Source of the DNA: Octopus sinensis | Lineage: Eukaryota | NCBI RefSeq assembly: GCF_006345805.1 | Contig: NW_021836891.1 | Coordinates: 1 to 22,613 of the forward strand | Length of the DNA: 22,613 bases | Reading direction: 5' to 3' | Part shown: piece after piece, positions 1 to 9,630 of the stretch | How the letters are laid out: each line of letters opens with the position of its first letter | Position numbering within the stretch: position 1 is the stretch's first letter | Made by a program: the position numbers and the translations under genes | Notes under the pieces: generated by a model | The model's input: only the letters and a program-made list of their open reading frames with translations | Told to the model about the DNA's origin: nothing | Databases searched by the model: none

Positions 1-154
1 TGGGTTCATGTAATATCATATAATAGATACATACTGATAAACATATATATTTACATATATATATATAAATGTATATAAATATATAAATATTGTAAATGTA
101 CAGATATATACTTATAATTATATGCATAAAAATTTACATATATATATATATATA

Positions 155-401
155 CCAGGCTAACAGACGTTGCTACACATCGCTGGTCACAATACGCTTC
201 GCATTGCTTTAGGCTGCAAATGACGCAACCCCGCTAGCTGAGCGACCAGGCCAACAGAGGTGAGAGTGAGATGAAGTTGTGGTGAAAGAATGCAGCAGGG
301 ATTGCTACCACCCCCTGCCGGAGTCTCGTGGAGCTTTAGGTGTTTTCACTCAATAAACACTCACAACGGCCGGTCTGGGAATCGAAACCGCGACCCTGCA
401 A
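155..401 (-). mobile_element. tRNA-derived SINE (family A), 5'-truncated
   Basis: Minus strand begins with a B-box-like GGTTTCGATTCC, then TGTTTATTGAGTGAAAACACCTAAAGCTCCACGAGACTCCG...CTTTCACCACAAC, which is homologous to the body of the 6559-6863 copy; the A box is missing. Confidence 0.8.
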
Positions 402-452
402 CATACATGTGTGTGTGTGTCTGTGTGTACGTATGTACGTATGCATGTATAT

Positions 453-484
<32 letters not shown>

Positions 485-871
485 ATTTATATAAATAGAT
501 ATATGTGTGTATATATTCATACGTTCTATAGACACGCATATATACATTCTCGTAAATAATTAAATACACATTCTTGCATGTATGCGTATATGAATACGCT
601 TACAGTCGGGTGTGCTGTGTTCGTGTCATCATGCCAGCGCGCGCATGCGTACATGAAGGCTGAATGTAAGTAAACATGTGTCTCTTGATAAGTTGGATTA
701 TAGCAGGATAGTCAGATGGTTCACAGTTATTTCCTTCAATGCAGTCAAGTGTGAAATACCATTTCCCTGTCTTTATTTCTAGATTGGGGGAAATATATTC
801 AATTAATGCCTCCTCTCTAATTATGAACCGTTATAAATGCATACAAAACCGTAAATGCTTACTTTCAAGTA

Positions 872-952
872 ACACACACTCACAACCACACACACACACA
901 CACACACACACACAATGCACGCACACACATGCACGCACACACACACACACAT
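872..952. repeat. (CA)n microsatellite
   Basis: Visible imperfect CA run. Confidence 0.95.
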
Positions 953-1367
953 ATGATAATGCATATATGCCTGAACATACGTATTCATAATATATACGTA
1001 TCATGTACAATATCTACAAACGTAATATGTATATAAATTATATATGTAAAATATATATATATATAATATTTATATAAATATATATATTATACATAATATA
1101 TGAACAAACACATGCTCGCGCGTGTGTGTATTTCTCGCGCTCGGAATTTCATTGCAGTTTCCAAAACAGTACACCTATAAAAGGACTTTTTTCCTCCAGA
1201 TGATAAACTGCAGCTTCTGGCTTTTCAACGACACATTAAATATGTCAGATAAATAAAATATTTTACTCTATAAATTCTTCTATTGTATGATAGAAATTTT
1301 AATTCAGCTGTTGTGGCCTCATTACAAATCAATGTCTCGTTTGTACATCGTCTGGATATCCTTCAGA

Positions 1368-1457
1368 CTGGTGGACTCGATTTAGTTTCGTAAGTAACAT
1401 ATGTTCGTGACAATGACATGTCGCAACTTCGACGAAATGTACCTCTTCAGTCTCCCA
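1368..1457 (-). ncRNA. Hammerhead-like motif, kind 1 (decayed)
   Basis: Minus strand: CTGAAGA (1450-1444), long stem II (GTACATTTCGT...ACGAACATATGTTAC), GAAAC (1389-1385), T-AAATCG-A, GTC (1376-1374). Core is intact but stem I pairs poorly. Confidence 0.5.
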
Positions 1458-1598
1458 TAACTTCCAAGGTGATCTCATTTCGACTAGCTTTGCAGTATAT
1501 TATGCCCAAAAAGTCTATTAAGGGATTTTATCGGACGATAAACTGCAGCTGTTGGCTTGTCAGGGATCCACTTACAACAAGTATGTTTTATATATCTA

Positions 1599-1983
1599 CT
1601 AGCAGTATCGCCCGGCGTTGCTCGGGTTTGTAAGGGAAATAACTATATAAGCATTTTTAGAGATGTAAAGTATAATAACCATCTCAATATGGCTAACCAC
1701 AAAGGGGGGGGTGTACTGTAGCTTTTTGCGTTCTGAGATTTAATAATAAAAAACAGTAATATAAAATATGCCAAAAATGCATTAATTATGGGAAGATTGA
1801 TGGTAATTTTTTTTTTAATCGTAGACTCATCGTAGACGCGCGCTAATACCCAGAAAGGCTCGATATGAATCACGACTATTAGACACCCGGTTTTGGTTAA
1901 ACTGCACCGCAAAATGTGGGAGTAGTTAGGAATCTAAATCGTAGGAGACAGACAGCACACATCCTCACTTTTATATATAAAGA
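1599..1983 (-). mobile_element. Non-autonomous Helitron, 385 bp
   Basis: Minus strand starts TCTTTATATATAAAAG and ends with hairpin CCCGAGCAACGCCGGG followed by CGATACTGCTAG; inserted between A and T with no target duplication. Confidence 0.88.
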
Positions 1984-2020
1984 TATAAAGCAAATAAGTA
2001 ACAAGGATTCCGGGTACTAG

Positions 2021-2107
2021 TACATTACGGCCGTTTCAGGCGGCTCCATTGAAACGATCAATGCAAGCATTCCATCCATTTGAATTACACCGCCTTTCTC
2101 TGAGGCA
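2021..2107 (-). ncRNA. Hammerhead-like motif, kind 2 (minimal type I, decayed core)
   Basis: Minus strand: TGCCT-CAGAGAA-AGGCGG...CCGCCT-GAAAC-GGCC-GTA-ATGTA. Stem II is closed perfectly and loop III is palindromic, but the CUGANGA box is mutated. Confidence 0.65.
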
Positions 2108-2446
2108 TAAGAACATATAGGCTTTTTAACACACAGAACACTCCATTATATTTTCTTTAGCAAATTTTTCACCAGAACTAGAGAATAAAAGAATTACATG
2201 ACTGTTGCTTTTATTGTAGCAGAATGAACTTAGGGAGAAAATACCCAACTATAATTTGGAGTGGCCAAAGAGAATAACAATGGGGGTCAGGCGATGTTAA
2301 TAAAGCTACGTTTATCTTTCTCCTTATCACAATCAAAAGATTTAATGCCGCTAGTATTCTAGGGCCACTAAAAGTTAAAACCACTTTATAGACGTTTTGG
2401 GTATAATATACTGCAAAGCTAAACGAAATGAGATCACCCTGGCAGT

Positions 2447-2540
2447 TACGGGTAACTGAAGAGGCACATTTCATAGTCGTTGCGACATGTCAATGTCACG
2501 AAATTATCATCAGCAACTAGACTTAAATGTCAAATCCCAA
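2447..2540 (+). ncRNA. Hammerhead-like motif, kind 1 (decayed)
   Basis: CTGAAGA at 2456-2462, hairpin ACATT/GTCG-ttg-CGAC/AATGT, GAAA at 2500-2503, GTC at 2529-2531; inverted homolog of 1368-1457. Confidence 0.4.
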
Positions 2541-2796
2541 TGGTTTTAATTCTTAATAGATGTAAAATACCAGCTGCATTAGATCTTTTGATTGTGATAA
2601 GGAGAAAGACAAATGTAGGTATATTACCATCTCTTGACCCTTATTGTTATTCTCTTCTGCCATTCCAAATTATATTTGGGGTATTTTCTCCCTAAGTTCT
2701 GCTACAATATTGCAAAAGGCATGTAATTCTTTTATTCTCTAGTTATAATGAAGAATTTGCTAAAAAAATTATAATGGTTTATCCTGTATGATCTTA

Positions 2797-2883
2797 TGCA
2801 TGCGAGGAAGGCGGTGCATTTCAAATTAATGTAATGTTTACACTGATCGATTAAAAGCAGTCGCCTGAAACGGCCGTAATGCA
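2797..2883 (+). ncRNA. Hammerhead-like motif, kind 2 (minimal type I, decayed core)
   Basis: TGCAT-GCGAGGA-AGGCGG...TCGCCT-GAAAC-GGCC-GTA-ATGCA. Stem I (TGCAT/ATGCA) is perfect; the core is 2 substitutions from CTGAGGA. Confidence 0.68.
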
Positions 2884-3153
2884 CTAATACATAGACATCC
2901 TTGTTACTTATTTGCTTTTTATTCAACTTACTTCAAGCTGTGAGGATAATACCGGACTGACTTGGTGACTCATCCTAAGTACCTAATTCAACTGAATCTT
3001 AATTATTTCTTGAGCGCGCGCGCGTATGTGTGCGTGTATGCAGTGGGGAAAAGTATGTGTGTGAGCATGTACGTATGTACTTATATATGTATGTATACAC
3101 GTGAATTTATAAAAATGTCTTCATATGTATCTATGAGGCAGGGAGTACATGAA

Positions 3154-3184
<31 letters not shown>

Positions 3185-3197
3185 TGTGTGTGTGTGT
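3154..3197. repeat. (TG)n microsatellite
   Basis: Visible run. Confidence 0.95.
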
Positions 3198-3727
3198 ACG
3201 TGAGTGTTTGCTAATATTTCTTTTCTTCTCATTACTGTGTACCCGGGAGAATATTCATCCCGGAAGGGAAATTCGGGACAGGACTAGTAAAATATATTTT
3301 CGCTTGATAAACTCCTCATCATAATTTGCACTGATTTTGAAAGACATCTTTCCTTTAAAGCTGATATTTAGGGATGCTTAAGCTTAAGCATAAGTCTGTT
3401 ATGCAACAAACTGTTTCGTATACAAGACTAGTCTTTTGTGTAACTAGATGTGGGCGGTGAAATTCGGATGTTGAACTTGTAACTGTGGGGAATTACAGAA
3501 ATATGTTTAACAAATACTGGATTAATCCGCTTTTGTATGGAAGTAAAGATCCCTGTGGAGGAAATATGTGTAAGTAGGGTGGGTAGGTCTATATTTAATA
3601 AGCACTCACGTGTTTGTCTTAAACATCCACCAGTAAGCAGTGCAAATAACCTTACGTGCAAGCGAGCATATATACACACACGTACACACGAGCACAGTCG
3701 AATATGAGCCTACATGGAACATATGGA

Positions 3728-3735
3728 TGTGTGTC

Positions 3736-3784
<49 letters not shown>

Positions 3785-3819
3785 ATGAGGGTGTCTTTAA
3801 ATATAGATATTATCCTCAT

Positions 3820-3858
<39 letters not shown>

Positions 3859-4025
3859 TATATAATATAGAAGGAGAGAGAGAGAGAGATAAATATATAT
3901 ATATATATATATACACATACACACATACTACACACACACACACAAGCTAGAGCAGAAGAGAGAGCGAGTACAGCGTGGAAGTCCCGTAATCTCCATTCAA
4001 AAACACACAAAAGCTGTGGTATGTA

Positions 4026-4058
<33 letters not shown>

Positions 4059-4100
4059 TATATACATACATACACACAAACACACACACACACACACACA
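3728..4100. repeat. Cluster of (TG)n, (TA)n, (GA)n and (CA)n microsatellites
   Basis: Several compound runs separated by short unique spacers. Confidence 0.9.
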
Positions 4101-4853
4101 CAACAAAGAGACACAGACCGACAGGGAAAAAGAAAAAGAGAAGAATAGTTCAATCCACAGGGTTTTCCATACAATCTGTAAATCCGAGGAAAATCGGATT
4201 AAATCACAATTCACTTTTGAACACCGTGAAAACAACTTTATTCGGGTTTAATATCTTCAAATAAATTTTACGTTTCATTATAGTTCTTTACACACACATA
4301 CACACACACTCACACACACGCACACATACACGAATTTACGAATGCCTCCGTGTTGCGTGTGTAAGAATGAGGTTAAAGACAGAGGGAGAGAGAGCGGGGA
4401 GGGATACCAGTTCATTAACGAATGTGACAATTGCAGTTTATTGGACTTGAAAGTGAAACTGACAATTTAACTTGTCCTAATAGTTTGTAAATTTTACGAG
4501 GACTGTTATGTAAATGTCAACTCTTAGTGAAACGGAATACATCATTACAACAATTGGCAATACGAATTAATATGTCTCTTCAGGCTACAAGCAAAAAGAT
4601 GAGTTTTCTTAAATGATTGTTAGATGTATGATATTTGAAATGGCCATATAATTAGCTCTGGATTCGCCTACCTTTGTACGGATAAAATGACTTTCCCTTA
4701 GAAAGGCAAACTATTATTACAAGTTGAAATTTTGAGGGAATTGAGGTTTATTATTATTGTCGTTGCAACCCGTTTCGACTTTATGAGGTTTATATTATTC
4801 TCTTGAAAGTTCTTGGACGCATTGAGAATTTTTCATATGTATGTTTAGGATCA

Positions 4854-5083
4854 TTTCTTTTTCTTTTATATGTTTCAGTCATTTGACCGCGACCATGCTG
4901 GAGCACCGCCTTTAGTCGAGCAAATCGACCCCAGGACAATCTTTATAAGCCTAGTACTTATTCTATCGGTCTCTATTGCCGAACCGCTAATTGACAGGGA
5001 CGTAAATACGCCAGCATCAGTTGTCAAGCGATGTTGTGGGGACAAACACAGACACACACACATATACACACACACACACACAT

Positions 5084-5124
<41 letters not shown>

Positions 5125-5278
5125 CGACGATCTTCTTTCAGTTTCCGTCTACCAAATCCACTGACAAGGCTTTGGTCGGCCCGAGGCTAGAGTAGAAGAT
5201 ACTTGCCCAAGGTGCCACGCAGTGGGACTGAACCCGGAACCATGTAGTTGGTAAGCAAGCTACTTACCACACAGCCAC
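4854..5278 (-). mobile_element. Composite tRNA-derived SINE (family B) with internal microsatellite
   Basis: Minus: head GTGGCTGTGTGGTAAG...GGTTCCGGGTTCAGTCCC (A/B boxes), body to GGAAACTGAAAGAAG, then (TA)n(TG)n, then GCGGTTCGGCAA...GATAGAATAAGTAC and tail GGCGGTGCTCCAGCATGG...TGACTGAAACA. Homologous to 8661, 15135 and 15905. Confidence 0.92.
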
Positions 5279-5280
5279 CT

Positions 5281-5351
5281 GTTTTATATATCATTTATAT
5301 ATCATTTTATATATCGCTTTATATATTTTATATATCATTTATATATCATTT
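5281..5351. repeat. Minisatellite, ~11-12-bp unit TTT(T)ATATATCA, about 6 copies
   Basis: Visible tandem units directly beside the SINE head. Confidence 0.85.
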
Positions 5352-5424
5352 CACGTATCGTTGCGCCCCTAAAGATTTTCATTTTACAAATGACATCTGT
5401 TACTTCTGAATTGTATTTTTAGTT

Positions 5425-6060
5425 GCGCATTCAAGATTTGCGTCCCTGATCAACATGCTTCTAAGTCACATAAAGGGAGGTATAATTTTCGGAGTTATCT
5501 CAGGAGCTTTATGATCTATCTGCTGCTTTCCAAGGCATAGCTGATAAAGAACAAATGTTTCATCAAGGTTTATAATGAAGCTCTATATGTTATATAATGA
5601 TAAGATTTTATACATAAAAATTGAAAGAGATTTCTCGCTATGTTCGATAATACTGCTGTCATCAGTAAACAAGTAGTCTCTTATCAGAGATAGAAAAGAG
5701 TGTGGTTTAGACTTAAGCCATTAAATATTAAATAGCTTAACAGTTATGAGGTATCGTAGATGAATACAGTCAGAACTGTCTTTGACACATTGCAAAAAAT
5801 ATTGTCAGATAAACGACAAGTGTAGAAGCTGTTATCACCTTGTTTATTACACAGAAAATCAACGATTGAGTTGGGTATTATTCACTAATAATTACACGTA
5901 GCCATATATCGTCGGTAAAGAATATGATAATATTTGTATATCTTTCAAGACATCAAGCATTTCTGTGAAAAGCCTTTGATGAATCAAGATTCAGTAAGTC
6001 AAATACCTGAGTGATATCAATGAAGTAATGATGGAAGGCTTTGCTGAAAGTAGAAAATAT
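5425..6060 (+). pseudogene. Possible heavily decayed hAT (ZMYM1-like) transposase C-terminal remnant
   Basis: Colinear broken peptides SELSQELYDLSAAF, VYNEA, TVFDTLQKILS, EYDNICISFK, xCEK, KYLS, EGFAESRK loosely match LSxxLQ..DLxxA ... FPNI.. SCERSFS .. YLRS .. DFA..K. Many stops and frameshifts. Confidence 0.3.
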
Positions 6061-6150
6061 GTCATACGTTTCTAGTTCAGCTGTCATCTTGACAGAGACT
6101 CGGCAAGAAGTGATACTGCAACGGGTTAGGATGTGTCTATAATCCTTTAG

Positions 6151-6558
6151 TGTTTACTTGTTTCAATCATAGGGTTCCAACAACGTTGGGACACCGCCTT
6201 GAACGGTTGAGTCGAACAAATCTACTCTAGTAGTTAGTTTTTAAATCTGATAATGACTCTATCGGTCTCTTTTGCCGAAACCATTGAGTTACGGTGGACG
6301 TTAAAAACCAAAGCCATCTGTCCTCCGGTAAGGCGGAAGCAAACACAATGAGACTCACATATACGCACATAAACATATACACTTATGCAGACATACACAT
6401 ATCTAAGACAGACTGCCACATAGTTAATGTCTAAAAATTCACTCGCAAGATATTGGTCGGTCTAGGCTATAGTATATGAGATTTGGTCAACGTGCGTTTC
6501 GGTGGGACTGAATTGGAAATCATATGGTTGCAAAGGGATTTTCTTTATAGCAATGAAT
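6151..6558 (-). mobile_element. Family B SINE, old diverged copy
   Basis: Contains TTGTTTCAATCA, CACCGCCTT, CTATCGGTCTCTTTTGCCGAA, TTGGTCGG..GGCTATAGTA and GTGGGACTGAA in the same order as 4854-5278. Confidence 0.85.
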
Positions 6559-6863
6559 GTAGAAGCACATGACCTAGTGGTTAGAGCAACGGACTCACAG
6601 TCGAGGGATCGGGGGTTCGAATCGGAGACTGGGCGATGTGTGTTTTTATGAGGGAAACACCTAAGCTCCACACGGCTCCGCCAGAAGGTAATGGCCAACT
6701 TCTTCTGACTCTTTCGCCACAATTTTCTCTCACTTTTTACTCCTGCATCTAGTAGCTCAGCTGCAACGGACCGGCGTCCCGTCCAGGTGGGGAACCTATA
6801 CGCCAATGAAACCGGAAAACCCGCCCTTACAAGCCATGCATGGCTCGAGACGGAAGAAACAAC
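6559..6863 (+). mobile_element. tRNA-derived SINE (family A), full length with target duplication
   Basis: A box TGACCTAGTGG, B box GGTTCGAATC; flanked by ATAGCAATGAAT (6547-6558) and ATAGCCATGAAT (6864-6875). Confidence 0.88.
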
Positions 6864-7162
6864 ATAGCCATGAATAATTATGCGAAATAGCTTCGCTGAA
6901 TCACGGGGAGAAATGCGACGGTAACTAAAGCACATTCTCTTATCAGCTGAACATATGTGAGAGCAAGAAAAACCTCAGAAATATGAGTTTGAGGTAATTA
7001 CAAAAGAAACCAAAAAAAATTCCTGCAAAATTCCAGTAACGCTTAACTTCTATTATCACGGTTGAATTATGTCTCTGTGAAGATTCTTTGCTACAGAAAT
7101 TGAAAATTAAATCTATACCGCACGTGACAGAGCAATAGTCTCATTTGAAAATATTTGGAGCA

Positions 7163-7364
7163 GCTTACGAACCACATGGTTCCGGGTTCAGTCCCACTGC
7201 GTGGCATCTTGGGCAAGTGTCTTCTACTTTAGCCTCGGGCCGACTAAAGCCTTGTGAGTGGACTTCGTAGACGGAAACTGAAAGAAACCTGTCGTATATA
7301 TGTATATGTGAGTGTGCGTTTGTGGTAAGCAAGCTACTTATCTCACAGCCACTCCTGCGCCTAT
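7163..7364. mobile_element. Rearranged family B SINE 5' half (7163-7322 plus, 7323-7364 minus)
   Basis: Plus part runs from GCTTACGAACCACATGG to the microsatellite. The missing first ~40 nt follow in reverse orientation (TGGTAAGCAAGCTACTTATCTCACAGCCACTCCTGCGCCTAT). Confidence 0.88.
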
Positions 7365-7994
7365 GAAGTATAGTTTATTTGAGAAAGGATTACATAAATA
7401 GAATTCTTTCCCAAATAAATTACACTTTGCATTCGAGGCTATGAGGTGCTATTCACGCACTCAACTATAAGTCCACTGCATTTCATAGGAGAAACAGTTG
7501 TAAGCTAATGATATTCATAAGATAATCCTTTTGTCATCTCTCTGTCTTGTACACACACACACACACACACATACACAGAATTAAAAAAAATTATGTATTT
7601 ATTTATTCATAAGTATACACACACGTAATTATGCAAATATATGAATGATTGTGTACATCTCGAAATGGAGAGAGAGACAGACAGACAGAGAGGGAGAGAC
7701 ACAGAGAGACAGGCAGACAGAGTGGTTGATCGTTTGTCTGTATTCGGAACCATAAGTATAGACTGACAGGTTGATACATATTTGTATTGATCGATATAAT
7801 TAATTATCTATATATCAATCAAGCTATCACGGTGTCGATATATATTTGGCTAATATACATCGTACATATTTCTGTTACATTATTAATGATCTTATTTAGT
7901 TTGACAGAGTAACTTTTCCGAAGCCAACTTATATGTGTCTTTGTACATATGCGTGTCTACGCATATAAGGTGGTTTATACGTCTGTATTTTCTC

Positions 7995-8022
7995 ATATAT
8001 AAATATACATACATATATATAA

Positions 8023-8070
<48 letters not shown>

Positions 8071-8100
8071 TGCAATGTATGTATACATATGCATACGTGT
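7995..8100. repeat. (TA)n-rich microsatellite
   Basis: Visible run. Confidence 0.9.
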
Positions 8101-8660
8101 AAGTGAGTATATACAAGTATATATGTATGAAAGTATTTAGGATATATTTCAAATGTATCCCTGTTCTGAATTCATACCGGTATCTGTCAATGTGACAGGA
8201 TTCTATCGGTATAAACACGACAGCTCTGGGGAAATAGGGATATGCGAATCAGTTAGCGGATGTGTGTGTGTGTGTGTGTGTGTGTGTATCTGTGCATATG
8301 TAGATGAACTTGCTCTCGTGTAATGGGTTCACACACGAGTGTGTGTGTGTGTGTGAATGGTTACCTATTCGTTGTGATAGACATATAGAAATAGGTATTT
8401 GGGGAGAAAGAAGTAGATAGAGAAAGATAGTCTGAAATAGTGAGAGGAATACAGAGACAATTGCGAATGTTAAGGATGTATATCTATCTTTCAGTAAGCC
8501 TAACTAGGACTTAGTCGTCCATTTCTTTTAGATTGACAACGTAAGTACTTCGAAACAGAAATCAAGTCCATTGCAATAAGCATTCCCCTCTGCAATGTAA
8601 GGACGTGTGTGTATGAATGTATGTATGTATGTATGTATGTATATATGTATATATGTATGT

Positions 8661-8827
8661 ATAGGCGCAAGAGTGGCTGTATGGTAAGAAGCTTGCTTCC
8701 CAACCACAAGGTTGCAGATTCAGTTCGACAGGTCATGGCACCTTGGCAAGTGTCTTCTACTATAGCCTCGGACCGACCAAAGCCTTGTGATTGAATTTGG
8801 TAGAAGGAAACTGAAAGAATCTCTTCG

Positions 8828-8862
<35 letters not shown>

Positions 8863-9203
8863 TTTGATTTTGATTTTGATTTTTCCAGTTTCAGCTAATG
8901 AGCTGTGACCATGCTGGGGCACCGCCATTATGTATGTATATATATATGTATGTGTGTGTCTGTGTGTGTGTGTGTATGTGTGTGTGTGTGTGTGTGAGTG
9001 TGTGTGTGTGTGTCTGTATTTGTGCCCCCAACATCGCTTGGTATGTTTACGTCCCCATTACTCAGGCGTTCAGAAAAAGAGACCGATAGAATAAGTACTA
9101 GGCATACAAAGAATAAGTCCTGGGTCGATTTGGGCGACTAAAGGCGCTGATCCAGCATGGCCACAGTCAAATGACTGAAACAAGTAAAAGGTTAAAAGAA
9201 GAA
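8661..9203 (+). mobile_element. Family B SINE, full length, with nested insert
   Basis: ATAGGCGCAAGAGTGGCTG head through ...CCAGCATGGCCACAGTCAAATGACTGAAACAAGTAAAAG tail. Confidence 0.92.
8862..8927 (-). mobile_element. Very short 5'-truncated retroelement 3' end (LINE or SINE tail) with (AATCAA)n terminus
   Basis: Minus: TGGCGGTGCCCCAGCATGGTCACAGCTCATTAGCTGAAACTGGAAAAATCAAAATCAAAATCAAAA, inserted within a (TA)n run. Confidence 0.75.
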
Positions 9204-9204
9204 T

Positions 9205-9226
9205 ATGTGTATTATATATATATATA

Positions 9227-9284
<58 letters not shown>

Positions 9285-9630
9285 TCACACATATGTATAT
9301 ATGCATGTTTTATATTCCCATAAATATATAATAATTTGTATACACATATTTGCATTAATATTTTTATACATAACAGTAAATGCAGATATATATATATATG
9401 CATACATATATGTGTGTGTGCATATATATATATATATATACACATATATAAATTCATACACACACATATGTGCATATGTATATACATAAGCCTATATACA
9501 TGTATGCATGTATGTATGTATGTATAAGAATATGTACGTATATATATATATATATATACATACACATATATTCATACATATGTCTGTAATTATGTATTTG
9601 CTATATACATTTATATATATATGCGTGTGT
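9205..9630. repeat. TA/CA/TG low-complexity tract
   Basis: Includes a long pure (TA)n run at about 9228-9282. Confidence 0.92.

Larger units (their letters stand above)
1150..2925. mobile_element. Fold-back array of hammerhead-bearing repeats (PLE pseudo-LTR-like or retrozyme-like), decayed
   Basis: Inverted arms 1985-2360 vs 2565-2920; inverted block 1405-1523 vs 2383-2503; direct repeat GATAAACTGCAGCT at 1202 and 1537 (335-bp period); four hammerhead-like motifs. The translated arms also mirror each other (ILAALNLLIVIRRK vs IPAALDLLIVIRRK). Confidence 0.65.

Noticed and set aside
2533-2556. NPNGFN* resembling the PxGLN end of PLE endonucleases
   Set aside because: The upstream frame has stops and no other motif; likely chance.
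1985-2920. Simple MITE with ~370-bp TIRs
   Set aside because: No target duplication seen, homology continues beyond the arms as tandem units, and hammerhead motifs fit a PLE-type structure better.
6559-6635. tRNA-like sequence with A and B boxes (also about 13140-13195)
   Set aside because: These are SINE heads continuing into SINE bodies, with no proper acceptor stem or terminator.
6947-6993. Possible 47-nt exon (ctcttatcAG ... GAG|gtaatt)
   Set aside because: One open frame and plausible splice sites, but no homology or partner exons; expected by chance.
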